Source: a virus
Lineage: Duplodnaviria > Caudoviricetes
DNA: 30,612 nt
Strand: one strand, 5' to 3'
IMG/VR virus record: IMGVR_UViG_3300014720_000115
Location: 1-30,612 of that record
Position 1 is the first letter of the stretch. The number at the start of each line of letters is the position of its first letter. The position numbers were made by a program, and so were the translations under genes. The notes beneath the pieces are model-generated. The model ran no database searches, was not told where the DNA came from, and worked only from the letters and a program-made list of their open reading frames with translations. This document shows, in pieces, positions 9,167-18,216 of the stretch.

Positions 9167-12060
9167 CTTTCCACCGCATGGTATGCAAAGTCATTACCAT
9201 TGGTTTGAATTATCTCGTCTTCGTTACTCTTTGTACTGGCAACTTGTAGATTTACAACCTTACGATTGTGGTCAACCCAATACTTGTCAACTAAATCTAT
9301 ACTATTCTCTACATACATAAAGAATGGGTCTCTTTGAACTCTATTCCAAAACATCACCTCACTATCTGATAGTGTCATAACCTCATCGAACTTATCTTGA
9401 CCATCTTCTTTTAATGGTTGACCACTTATTAGTTCACATTGTGACTTTGTGAAGTATTGTCTGTCTTTGGGGTCTTCAATTAAAATGTCCTCTCGTATCT
9501 CAGGTTTGAAAACACAAAGTAATGGTTCAATTCTTTTGTTGAATGTTGTCAAATATCTGGCAACATTATAGTCCCCCGTCATATTTGGATTGTTTTGAAT
9601 ATCTTTTTCAGAAATCATATAACAATTTATTTCCAAATAATCGAATGGCATTTGATAACCATTAGTTGCAAAAAACTCTTCTTGTCTTTTTTTACTTGGT
9701 TTAGAAACTTTCTGTACATCTCCATCGGATTTATTTGTCCCATTGTTAACATAATAGATAGTCTCACCGAGACCCGCAGGATAATTGTTTTGTAAAACTA
9801 ATTCCATATGAGCTTGTCGAGACATTAATGAACCCGACTTGGTTGTTTTCTTAATATGTTTTTTATAATCGTCAACAGATTGTTTTACTCTCGCTTTGTT
9901 TGCAATCTTTGATAATGGTATTTCTTTATTAAATATTTTTTCAACGTGTTGATAATATAACTCAACAAACGAAAGTCCATCACCATTTAAAAGGAGTTTT
10001 AAACCCTCGTCCAAAAATTCAACTATGTATTCTTGTAATTTTTTTGACTTGATTGTGTTACCTGTAAGTTTTATAACTTCTTTACCTTTCTTTATTAGTT
10101 TGATAATGTAGTTCTTACGAGAAACATTAATACACGCAGGTGCGGTGTAGTCAATATCTAAACCCATTTCATTTCTCATGAAAAGGTCATTGAACTCCGC
10201 AGTATCGGCTTCAATACCTTTATATTCCTTTCCTAATTCCACTAATTCATTGTTTCCTATACCAATATAAACGTGAGTATTAATTGTGTCAGGAGTTTCA
10301 AAGTTCACACCATCCGTATCCATCACAAGTGGTTTATATCCTTTGTTCATGAAAAACATAATCATCATTCTAAGACATTGACGACCTGTACAAGTAATTG
10401 TTTCACCCATGTTCATATCACCCCAAGGGAATACCTGTGGCGCAGACAAAGAACCGAAATATGCATTGATAAAAATTTTAATTGGTAATTGTTTTCGGTC
10501 ATACATCTCCGACTGAACAAGGTCACTTGACTTTAATTCTCCGGCGAGACGTTTATATTTAATACGAATGTTACGGAAATATTTCAACATTGATTTCTGA
10601 ACATTCATAACATCACAATCAGGAAATACATCATAAACCAGTTGAATAGACGGGTATAGTGATGCATAGTCAAATTTGACAATGTTTTTAGCGTAACCAA
10701 CGTTTAATAAACGAGACAATCCACCTGTAATTGCACGTTTTTCATCTTTAGTTGGGATTGCTAAATTATTTTCATATGACCACGCCAACATTATAATCTT
10801 CCATAGTGTGGCGGTACCCATAGTGGCAATCCTTTCGTAAGTTGTTGGTACTAACTTTGAAAGTAGGAAAGTTGATTGTGAGAAAGAATCATCAACAATC
10901 ATTGTTTCGTACAAGTCATCATCAAGGTATTGTTCAACAATCCTACGACCCGGCCAAATCTCAAACTTACCCGGATACTTTTTAAGTAAACCTTCAGTTC
11001 CCGACTCGCCAATCTTTTTATAGTTACCCGTTTTTGGATTCACGTAGTAACTTTCATTTTCAAGATATATTTTTGAAATCCATGCACCATCAACATACAC
11101 ACGATTTGGTTTTTCTTTTTCCAAATACTTCGTAATATATTTCAATCCCCAAGATTTAATTTCGGAGTTGATTGCTTGTGCTCTACGAACAGAGTGGGCA
11201 ATATCAATTATATTAAATCCCCATATAACGTGTTGGGTATATGGTTCAATTTCATTGGCTAATTTCAACATCCCTTCCTTTTCTTTCATTCCCTGAGCGG
11301 TGAATATTTGTGTCAGACCATTAACGTCAACACCAAGAATATGTGCCCTTTTTAAAATAAATGGCCAATCAAAAAATGCAGAGTTATATCCACCAATAAT
11401 TGTTGGTTTTACTTCTCTTATTAGTTCAAAAAACTCTTCAATACATTTTTTTTCACCATCTTCACCAAAGGCGGAAATAGTTCTTTGTAAACCGCGATTA
11501 TCTTTTACTCCGATAAGAATTATCTCACTGGTTTCAGGTTCAAGACCAGTGGTTTCAATGTCAAATACAAATCTGTGAACACCCGAATAATCATCAATTC
11601 CCTTGAAGAGTCTTTTCTTTTTTTGTATTAAAAATTGTTCAACGGGCGAAAGTATTGTAAAGTATTGTTTTGTTTTCTCACCCCAAGGGTCTATCCCACC
11701 CTGTCTAAAAAAGTTAACCAACTCGGTATATCCTTTCATAGATTTTACCAAGTACGTCATACCATTTTCAAGACGTTCATTACCATGGGTATCTAATTTT
11801 TCAATCATGATACCATACTCACCCATTTTCTTTTTCTGTAATGACTTGTTGTTTTGGTAAAAATTTAAACCCGATAAATCCCCAACCCATAGAAATGGTA
11901 CAAGAGTATCCGTCTTTATTATCTTACCCCTTTCAGGGTCCTGTATAACCTTATAAATTTTATTTGTTTTGTAGTCGTACTCGACTCCAACTATATACTC
12001 CTCTGAGTCCCAACCATTTAGAAAACTTTCTATGACCTCTTGTGAAATAACTTCTGACAT
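9163..12060 (-). CDS. Family B DNA polymerase with 3'-5' exonuclease, 965 aa
   Basis: Exo I FDIETTG, Exo II GYNSAFFDWPFI, Exo III YLDDD; motif A DYASLYPS, motif B KIFINAYFG, motif C MDTDG. Confidence 0.96.
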   Translation of the reverse strand: MSEVISQEVIESFLNGWDSEEYIVGVEYDYKTNKIYKVIQDPERGKIIKTDTLVPFLWVGDLSGLNFYQNNKSLQKKKMGEYGIMIEKLDTHGNERLENGMTYLVKSMKGYTELVNFFRQGGIDPWGEKTKQYFTILSPVEQFLIQKKKRLFKGIDDYSGVHRFVFDIETTGLEPETSEIILIGVKDNRGLQRTISAFGEDGEKKCIEEFFELIREVKPTIIGGYNSAFFDWPFILKRAHILGVDVNGLTQIFTAQGMKEKEGMLKLANEIEPYTQHVIWGFNIIDIAHSVRRAQAINSEIKSWGLKYITKYLEKEKPNRVYVDGAWISKIYLENESYYVNPKTGNYKKIGESGTEGLLKKYPGKFEIWPGRRIVEQYLDDDLYETMIVDDSFSQSTFLLSKLVPTTYERIATMGTATLWKIIMLAWSYENNLAIPTKDEKRAITGGLSRLLNVGYAKNIVKFDYASLYPSIQLVYDVFPDCDVMNVQKSMLKYFRNIRIKYKRLAGELKSSDLVQSEMYDRKQLPIKIFINAYFGSLSAPQVFPWGDMNMGETITCTGRQCLRMMIMFFMNKGYKPLVMDTDGVNFETPDTINTHVYIGIGNNELVELGKEYKGIEADTAEFNDLFMRNEMGLDIDYTAPACINVSRKNYIIKLIKKGKEVIKLTGNTIKSKKLQEYIVEFLDEGLKLLLNGDGLSFVELYYQHVEKIFNKEIPLSKIANKARVKQSVDDYKKHIKKTTKSGSLMSRQAHMELVLQNNYPAGLGETIYYVNNGTNKSDGDVQKVSKPSKKRQEEFFATNGYQMPFDYLEINCYMISEKDIQNNPNMTGDYNVARYLTTFNKRIEPLLCVFKPEIREDILIEDPKDRQYFTKSQCELISGQPLKEDGQDKFDEVMTLSDSEVMFWNRVQRDPFFMYVENSIDLVDKYWVDHNRKVVNLQVASTKSNEDEIIQTNGNDFAYHAVES

Positions 12061-12078
12061 TTGATATTTTTTTAGTTT

Positions 12079-12113
12079 GACACATTATCATACACCACTT
12101 GGTATAGTTTGTC
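12079..12113 (-). promoter_or_regulatory. Hairpin in DNA polymerase 5' leader
   Basis: mRNA GACA-aac-UAUACC-AAGU-GGUGUA-ugauaaug-UGUC, ending 18 nt before the AUG. Confidence 0.4.
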
Positions 12114-12120
12114 TTACTAT

Positions 12121-12151
12121 CAAATATACAAAATTTTCATAAAAAATCAAA
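12121..12151 (-). promoter_or_regulatory. Bacteroidota-type promoter for DNA polymerase
   Basis: Minus strand TTTG (12148-12151)-N19-TATATTTG (12121-12128), an exact match to the -33/-7 consensus TTTG-N19-21-TAnnTTTG. Confidence 0.75.
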
Positions 12152-12515
12152 ATATGGTGATGAACAATTTCTCCTTGACAGGAAGAATGAGCTTTGTTGT
12201 GGGATTTAAATTAGTGTCTAAAAACTGAACTGTAATCTTACCCTCGTATTTACCCATATTTGCGGTTTGAGATTCTTTAAATCTGTGAGTTATATAGTAC
12301 TCATCTGTTGTTTGATTATACTTTTTGTCTCTTGTTGTTATATAACAAGTAGAACTTAGTATCTCGGGTTCGCCATCTTCAATCTTAAACATATCAAAAG
12401 TAATGTTGGCGTTTTCTAATAAATCATTAAAAGATGATTTGTCGTTTTTGCCATCATCAATCATTCTCATTTTTAAAATCGGGTCACTTGCTCCCTGTCT
12501 TATAAAGAATTCCAT
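12147..12515 (-). CDS. Small structural protein, possibly BppU-like Ig fold
   Basis: F.IRQG...P.L...GKYEGKITVQF...LILP pattern; TATTTAT 5 nt upstream. Confidence 0.45.
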   Translation of the reverse strand: MEFFIRQGASDPILKMRMIDDGKNDKSSFNDLLENANITFDMFKIEDGEPEILSSTCYITTRDKKYNQTTDEYYITHRFKESQTANMGKYEGKITVQFLDTNLNPTTKLILPVKEKLFITIF

Positions 12516-12527
12516 ATTCTATAAATA

Positions 12528-14498
12528 TTACACTGTTGGTGTTTCCGTTGGTGTTGGAGTAGGAGTAGGAGTCGCAGTCAAGCACTGAGCACCAAAGTTA
12601 ATGGAAAAACTACCAGAATATGATATTACATTGACTGAACCAGAACATGCGCAAACTGTGACTGAATTACCTGCAGTTATAGTATCTCCGGTAATTGTTA
12701 TTCCATCACAATCAATATAATCCCATTCCGCTACTGTACCAGAAGTAACTGTTATTTCGTTTTCTTCACAAAAACAAGGTTGTGTTGGTGTTGGAGTAGG
12801 TGTCTCAGATGTTGCAGTAAGAGATGGCGTAGTCGATGGTGTTGGTGTTACATTTCCGGTTTCACTAACTGTTGGCGTTGGAGTCGGTGTTGTTGTTGTT
12901 GGAGTTATTGTGGGGGTTACTGTTGGCGTTGCGGTTGGGGTACTAGTGACTGTTGGTGTTGATGTTCTTGTTGGTGTTATTGTAGGGGTACTAGTAATTG
13001 TTGTACTAGCGGTTAGTGTTGGTGTAGATGTAAGTGTTGGGGTCCTTGTTAATGTTGGGGTTGGTGTAACAGTTAAACCCGGAGTTACCGATGGTGTAGG
13101 GGTAACGGTTCTCGTTGGTGTTGGAGTTGGAGTAGGTGTTAATACAACACCTGTAACCGTGTCAGAGCATCCTGCAACACAATCAACAATTGTATAACTT
13201 GGTCTTATTTGTGTTATGTGATGATGTCTTACATGTACAAAATTTAAAGGTTCTTGAAAGTATTTTACTCTCTTGATATTAAAACAACACACACCAGTGT
13301 GTACACCTCCACCATAAAGACTACCCCCACCCCAAGATTGGATAAATGGTTGAACACCTCTTTCTGATGGTACTATTTCTTCAAAATTTTCATATTTGTA
13401 AATTGGCCGGCCATTAAGATAAATCTTCAAAACTCCCAATCTTCTATGTCTTTCTAACGCCCATTTTTTTCTTAATTCTTCTGATTCTGTATAGATTGTA
13501 GTTTGAGTTGAGGTGATAGAACTTCCTGTTGGTGGGGTGTATGGTATTGTTTTAACACCCGGAATCAAATCGTTCCAACCACCATCGTTTTCAACATTAC
13601 AATCTGATAAGTGTCTATATCTATCAAATGTTATTGTGATATTAAAATCTTGTGAAGTACCGCTCAAACATAGTTGTGGTGTACTACCTGTTAAAGTATA
13701 ATAACCACTTTCATAACCTGAATTTCCACAATTACCAGAGTAATGAACAGATTTCCAAACTATTCTCCCATCTGTTGAAAATGAAAAAGATAAATTATTA
13801 TCCGCATAATCTGATACAGGTGAATCACCCCTTGTTCCAAAATAATAAAAAACACCACCACTTGACCAAGTTAAACCTTGTCTATTGAATACCATATCAA
13901 TTGTCCAACCTTTTTCGGGTCTTCTATCAAATAAAAATTCACATTTATTTGCTCCGCCACCATGATTGAATTGATATGCCCACGGTTTACAATTTAGAAT
14001 TGGGTCTGTTGGACAACAATTATTTGCGTTGGCCAACTTATCCACACATCCAAGTTTTACCCCTGTAAATCCCGTAACACTTAAAGAATATAGATTTAAT
14101 GATTGTCCATTATAACCTATAATTTTAAAATAGTGTTTTTTTTCGTTTTTATCAATAAACTCATAAACATCATTGTCCAAAATGGTATCAAAGTTGTTCA
14201 TGTGAGTGTGAAACGTTACAAATGGTAACGCCCATGTAAATCCCGAATATGGGTAACTTGGGTCGTTTACCCTATTATCTATTTCATGTAAAATAATGGT
14301 TGCTTTGGAACACGATAACCCCACAAGTCCAGTAGTATTGATTTTTAATGAGTCATACACTATCGGGGCATTAAAATCCAAAACATCTTCATCGTAGTCT
14401 GTTTCGGTTTTACCAACCTCATAATCGTAAAATTCTGACGAATCTAGCTTTAGGTCGAACTTCGACCCTATAAATTTAAGTATATTCTCACTGTTCAT
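12528..14498 (-). CDS. Virion protein with LamG/lectin-like N-terminal region, Thr/Pro-rich stalk and Cys-containing tip, 656 aa
   Basis: [28 protein letters not shown] resemble a LamG-like beta-sandwich; about 120 aa of TPTPT repeats; TATTTAT 7 nt upstream. Confidence 0.6.
   Translation of the reverse strand: MNSENILKFIGSKFDLKLDSSEFYDYEVGKTETDYDEDVLDFNAPIVYDSLKINTTGLVGLSCSKATIILHEIDNRVNDPSYPYSGFTWALPFVTFHTHMNNFDTILDNDVYEFIDKNEKKHYFKIIGYNGQSLNLYSLSVTGFTGVKLGCVDKLANANNCCPTDPILNCKPWAYQFNHGGGANKCEFLFDRRPEKGWTIDMVFNRQGLTWSSGGVFYYFGTRGDSPVSDYADNNLSFSFSTDGRIVWKSVHYSGNCGNSGYESGYYTLTGSTPQLCLSGTSQDFNITITFDRYRHLSDCNVENDGGWNDLIPGVKTIPYTPPTGSSITSTQTTIYTESEELRKKWALERHRRLGVLKIYLNGRPIYKYENFEEIVPSERGVQPFIQSWGGGSLYGGGVHTGVCCFNIKRVKYFQEPLNFVHVRHHHITQIRPSYTIVDCVAGCSDTVTGVVLTPTPTPTPTRTVTPTPSVTPGLTVTPTPTLTRTPTLTSTPTLTASTTITSTPTITPTRTSTPTVTSTPTATPTVTPTITPTTTTPTPTPTVSETGNVTPTPSTTPSLTATSETPTPTPTQPCFCEENEITVTSGTVAEWDYIDCDGITITGDTITAGNSVTVCACSGSVNVISYSGSFSINFGAQCLTATPTPTPTPTETPTV
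12781..13140 (-). repeat. Low-complexity (Thr-Pro)n coding repeat
   Basis: Degenerate GTTGGT/GTTGGA hexamer repeats on the + strand encoding [19 protein letters not shown]. Confidence 0.9.
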
Positions 14499-14505
14499 GT
14501 TATTA

Positions 14506-14536
14506 ATAAATATCTTTCCCTTATTTTGATATTTAT
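14506..14536. promoter_or_regulatory. Back-to-back pair of putative late promoters
   Basis: ATAAATATC-N13-GATATTTAT inverted repeat between divergent genes 14498(-) and 14554(+). Confidence 0.7.
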
Positions 14537-14553
14537 ATAAAAAATGGTATTAA

Positions 14554-15297
14554 ATGGATAAATACATAAAAAATATTATTGAAGAGACCTTTGCGTCAAA
14601 AAAACAACAAAGGTTTTTCTACGCTCAAGCCGCCAAGGGTGGTAAAAAAGGTAAAAAATGGGCCAAGTGGGCTAAGGAATTCTCAAGTAAAACCGATTTT
14701 GATAAAATACCTGATGAGGCCAAAGAAAAGGAGATTGATGAGATTGTGGATGAAAAAGGTAATATTTCAAGAAAAAAAGTACCTGTAAGTAAAGATAGTA
14801 AGGGTAATACCAAAAAGACTACAGACCAAGTGGTAAAAACCGGTGGCGGGTCTATGGGTATACATGGCGTACATGGTACTCACACTTCTTTAAGATATTG
14901 GGCTGAAGCGGACATGAGTAAAGCTTTGGGTTATGAAAAAACATTAGGTCAAGATGCAGATAAAGAAGATGCTGAAGATTATTTTGAAAAAGAATTAGGG
15001 ATGAGTGAACCTGAAACTGATGAAAGACTTTCATCCTATGGATATGACGAGAAACTAGAGGGGGACAAAGTTAGATTAATTGAAAACCCCAAAAAGTATA
15101 TTCAAGATTATGTGGAAAGTGTTTTAATGAAAAAATCAAAAAACGGAGATTTGGTAAATAAAGACCAAATGGAAGATGTTGATAAAGAACTTAACCCGAT
15201 TGTAAAAAAACAAATCGAAGCACTTAAAAACACATTAGTAAAGAATAATCTTTCAGTAAAAGATGTTCTAAAACTTTTAGACAAAGACGATGAATAA
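14554..15297 (+). CDS. Hypothetical protein, probable internal head protein
   Basis: 247-aa charged ORF; NIIEE then FASKKQQRFF...KWAKEF...TDFDKIP module; late-type motif upstream. Confidence 0.55.
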   Translation: MDKYIKNIIEETFASKKQQRFFYAQAAKGGKKGKKWAKWAKEFSSKTDFDKIPDEAKEKEIDEIVDEKGNISRKKVPVSKDSKGNTKKTTDQVVKTGGGSMGIHGVHGTHTSLRYWAEADMSKALGYEKTLGQDADKEDAEDYFEKELGMSEPETDERLSSYGYDEKLEGDKVRLIENPKKYIQDYVESVLMKKSKNGDLVNKDQMEDVDKELNPIVKKQIEALKNTLVKNNLSVKDVLKLLDKDDE

Positions 15298-15787
15298 AGA
15301 TTTAAAAGGTAGAGTTTTTAATGTACCCCAAGATATTTTGGATAAAATAAACCAAACAGTTTATGGTTTAAATGGTCAGAATGTGCGTGGAATTCAAAGA
15401 GCAAAAAAACTTTTACAAGATAAATCTGTAAAGTATGGTCAGTTAAAAAGGATTATCCATGATATTCAAAATTTTGATAAAACAAAAGACCAAGTAAAAT
15501 ATAATTTATGTGGTGGTGAGTTGATGGAAAAATGGGCGATGACTCATTTACAAGGTGAAAGAGACTTAATCAAAGGAAACAAAGAGTCGAGAAAAAATGC
15601 TGATGAAATGTCGGGATTAACGGGAGAGAGAAAAAATAGTCATTTAAAATCCCACTCAAAAAAATTTAGTTTTAAAATACCAACAAATCTTGTTAAAAGT
15701 AATTCACATAAAACAAGTATATCACCAATAACATCGTTGGGTTTATTTGAAGAACTTGAAAAAATAAAGAAATTAATATCTTATTAA
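15290..15787 (+). CDS. Hypothetical basic protein
   Basis: 165-aa ORF with 8-nt overlap; ends LFEELEKIKKLISY. Confidence 0.7.
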   Translation: MNKDLKGRVFNVPQDILDKINQTVYGLNGQNVRGIQRAKKLLQDKSVKYGQLKRIIHDIQNFDKTKDQVKYNLCGGELMEKWAMTHLQGERDLIKGNKESRKNADEMSGLTGERKNSHLKSHSKKFSFKIPTNLVKSNSHKTSISPITSLGLFEELEKIKKLISY

Positions 15788-15788
15788 T

Positions 15789-16733
15789 ATGCCAACTCAA
15801 TTAGAGATAATCGCAGAACAACAAAGACAAATTCACATTGCCAAAAACGGGTACAATCCTAATGACATTTATAGTTCAAGTAGTAGGAATGCAACTTCAG
15901 ATGGTGATGAAAAGGGAAAGGGTGAACTAAATGGTAGTGTAGGTTCCAAAACAGACATTATAGAAAGAAACGCCTCATTTGCAAGAAACACATATAATCC
16001 ATTAGGTGGATATGATTCAAATCACCCAAATGCATTATCAACAGGTGATGAAAAGGGTAAAGGTGAAAATACAGGTGCAATTGGAAGTTCTGTTGACATT
16101 AATATGAGAAACACATTACTATCAAGAAACATATACAATTCTAATTTTGGATATGGTGTAAATAACCCTAACGCTGTTTCAGATGGTGATGAAAAGGGAA
16201 AAGGTGAAAGTAATGGAGGAAGTATTGGTTCAAACACCGATATAAACGAAAGAAATTCATCATTTGCAAGAAATACATATAATCCAAACACGGGTTACGA
16301 TTCAAATCATCCAAATGCATTGTCTACGGGTGATGAAAAAGGTAAAGGAGAATTGAACAATAACATTGGTGGATTAACAGATATAAACCAAAGGACGACC
16401 TTGCTAGCAAGAAACACATATAATAATGTTTCTCAGTATGATTCTAACCACCCAAATGCATTGTCTACGGGTGATGAAAAAGGTAAAGGAGAATTAAATA
16501 ATAATGTGGGAGGTTTAACAGATATAAATCAAAGAATCGATTTATTAGGTAGAAACATTTATGGTAAAACTTTTGAATATTCATCAGTAAATCCAAACGC
16601 AATGTCTGATGGTGATGAAAAAGGTAGAGGTGAAAATAATAATTCTGTGGGCACAAGAACAGACATAAATGAAAGAGTCGTATCTGTTGCAAGAAATAGA
16701 TACAAAGATTCTAACACGTATCCCGATTTTTAA
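15789..16733 (+). CDS. Tandem-repeat protein (6 x 47-48 aa)
   Basis: Six copies of RN.YN....Y....PNA.S(D/T)GDEKG(K/R)GE.....G..TDIN.R; GGTGATGAAAA at 15903, 16044, 16185, 16329, 16470, 16611. Confidence 0.9.
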   Translation: MPTQLEIIAEQQRQIHIAKNGYNPNDIYSSSSRNATSDGDEKGKGELNGSVGSKTDIIERNASFARNTYNPLGGYDSNHPNALSTGDEKGKGENTGAIGSSVDINMRNTLLSRNIYNSNFGYGVNNPNAVSDGDEKGKGESNGGSIGSNTDINERNSSFARNTYNPNTGYDSNHPNALSTGDEKGKGELNNNIGGLTDINQRTTLLARNTYNNVSQYDSNHPNALSTGDEKGKGELNNNVGGLTDINQRIDLLGRNIYGKTFEYSSVNPNAMSDGDEKGRGENNNSVGTRTDINERVVSVARNRYKDSNTYPDF

Positions 16734-17569
16734 TGATTAATTTTAATCGAATATTATCTAATCTTCTTATGGAAGCACCCCTTGGTAGTAAAAGGGATAG
16801 ATTAATTCGTGCAATTAAAAATCGTAACCCCGTTTCTTTTTATTATAATGGTAAGAGGGGCGAAGTTTTACCGGGTAGAAGAATTAAAGCTGAATTGGTT
16901 GCTTTAGGTGTCACCAAAAAAGGAAATGTTGTTGTTAGAGGTTGGGTACAACCACCATCAGTATCTAAGAAAGGTTTTAGTGAACATGGATGGAGATTGT
17001 TTATTATAAACAATATGTCAGGTATTCAAGTATATGAGGATGAAACCTTTGATACAAAAAGAACCGGATTAAATGATAGTGGAGATAAAAGTTTAACCGC
17101 TGTCTATGCAACAAGTGATTGGGGCATATCACCCAAACCAAAACAAGTGGAACCACAACGACCAACCGCTCCAACTCCAACACCTCAAAAACCTGAGATT
17201 AAAAAAGAATTACCACAACCAAAACAAGACGACAAACCGACTCAAACACCTGAACCTGAAATTAATTTTGCCGGTCAAGTTTATGATGAATTAAAAACTA
17301 AGATTCAAGATGTTGAGGGGCAAAAACAAATTACCCCCGATGAATTTTCAAAATCACTTGACGTACTAAGAAAAAAGAAATTACAGGATTGGTCAAATAG
17401 ACAAAGAGAATTAGGTGTCAATACGAATCCGGGTGAAGGTACACGTAGAAGAATAGAAAAAGATGCCGAGGTTGAGTTATATAATGAATTGAAAAAGAAT
17501 AATATAATCGTTGCTCCTTCACAATTACAAGAATCAATAAGTAGAATAAGAACTTTAATGTTCTTTTAA
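16733..17569 (+). CDS. WYL-like domain protein with Pro-rich linker
   Basis: LIRAIKNRNPVSFYY...R.....LG....GNVVVRGW...WRLF....M..I......TF follows the WYL pattern; TAATG-coupled to the repeat gene. Confidence 0.65.
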   Translation: MINFNRILSNLLMEAPLGSKRDRLIRAIKNRNPVSFYYNGKRGEVLPGRRIKAELVALGVTKKGNVVVRGWVQPPSVSKKGFSEHGWRLFIINNMSGIQVYEDETFDTKRTGLNDSGDKSLTAVYATSDWGISPKPKQVEPQRPTAPTPTPQKPEIKKELPQPKQDDKPTQTPEPEINFAGQVYDELKTKIQDVEGQKQITPDEFSKSLDVLRKKKLQDWSNRQRELGVNTNPGEGTRRRIEKDAEVELYNELKKNNIIVAPSQLQESISRIRTLMFF

Positions 17570-17598
17570 AAATATTTATATTTTAAAAAACTATTAAT

Positions 17599-18162
17599 AT
17601 GTCAGGAAAAGGAGTAATATCAGAAAATGGATTAATGCAGAAATTGGTTCAAGCCAAAAAAGTAATGAATAAGGTTGATGGGGGAAACTTTGAAAGAGGT
17701 CACGTCAATGAAACACTATTAAGGTCAAATCCCGAAGACATCAAATCTACTGATGCTGTCGAATCATCACCAAAACAAAAAACATATTCACATAATCCAA
17801 AAATGATTATGGAGTCAAAATTACCAGACGTAATTAAAAAGGCGATGATTGACAACCCAATTCCTCAAATTAGTTTAAGTGATTCACTTGATTTAGATTT
17901 TGTCAACAAGACAAAAAAATTAATGGAGGCTGAAGGTGTAACATCTAAACCAAAACAATCCGTATCAAAATCTTCATCATCAAACGTTGATATGAAAGAG
18001 ATTGCAATCATAATTGAGAATACTGTTCGTAAAGTATTGGATGAGAAGCTAAATCAATTATTAACCGCCCAACAGACACTTTCAATTAATGAAAATTTAG
18101 TTTTAAAAGTTGGCGATTCCATATTCAAGGGTAAAATTACTGGAGTAAATAAATCCAAGTGA
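17599..18162 (+). CDS. Hypothetical protein
   Basis: 187-aa ORF preceded by TATTTAT (17573-17579). Confidence 0.75.
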   Translation: MSGKGVISENGLMQKLVQAKKVMNKVDGGNFERGHVNETLLRSNPEDIKSTDAVESSPKQKTYSHNPKMIMESKLPDVIKKAMIDNPIPQISLSDSLDLDFVNKTKKLMEAEGVTSKPKQSVSKSSSSNVDMKEIAIIIENTVRKVLDEKLNQLLTAQQTLSINENLVLKVGDSIFKGKITGVNKSK

Positions 18163-18164
18163 CA

Positions 18165-18196
18165 TTTGATTTTTTGAATTTTTTTCCTTATCATTT
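18165..18196 (+). promoter_or_regulatory. Degenerate Bacteroidota-type promoter for glycosyltransferase operon
   Basis: TTTG-N20-TATCATTT, two mismatches in the -7 box. Confidence 0.4.
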
Positions 18197-18216
18197 AAGA
18201 CATACAAGTATATTGA

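Noticed and set aside
5077-12060. Eukaryotic giant virus origin (PolB, SNF2, dUTPase)
   Set aside because: Contractile-tail genes, sigma factor, coupled operons and bacterial promoters contradict it
9163-12060. Intein or intron in DNA polymerase
   Set aside because: ORF continuous, motifs normally spaced, no splice-junction or LAGLIDADG signature seen
12780-13197. Plus-strand ORFs rich in VGV or CWC
   Set aside because: Antisense shadows of the Thr/Pro repeat
15840-16730. 141-bp periodic repeat as a CRISPR array or DGR template/variable pair
   Set aside because: In-frame coding repeats with synonymous divergence; no unique spacers, no adenine-specific differences, no cas or reverse transcriptase gene in the window
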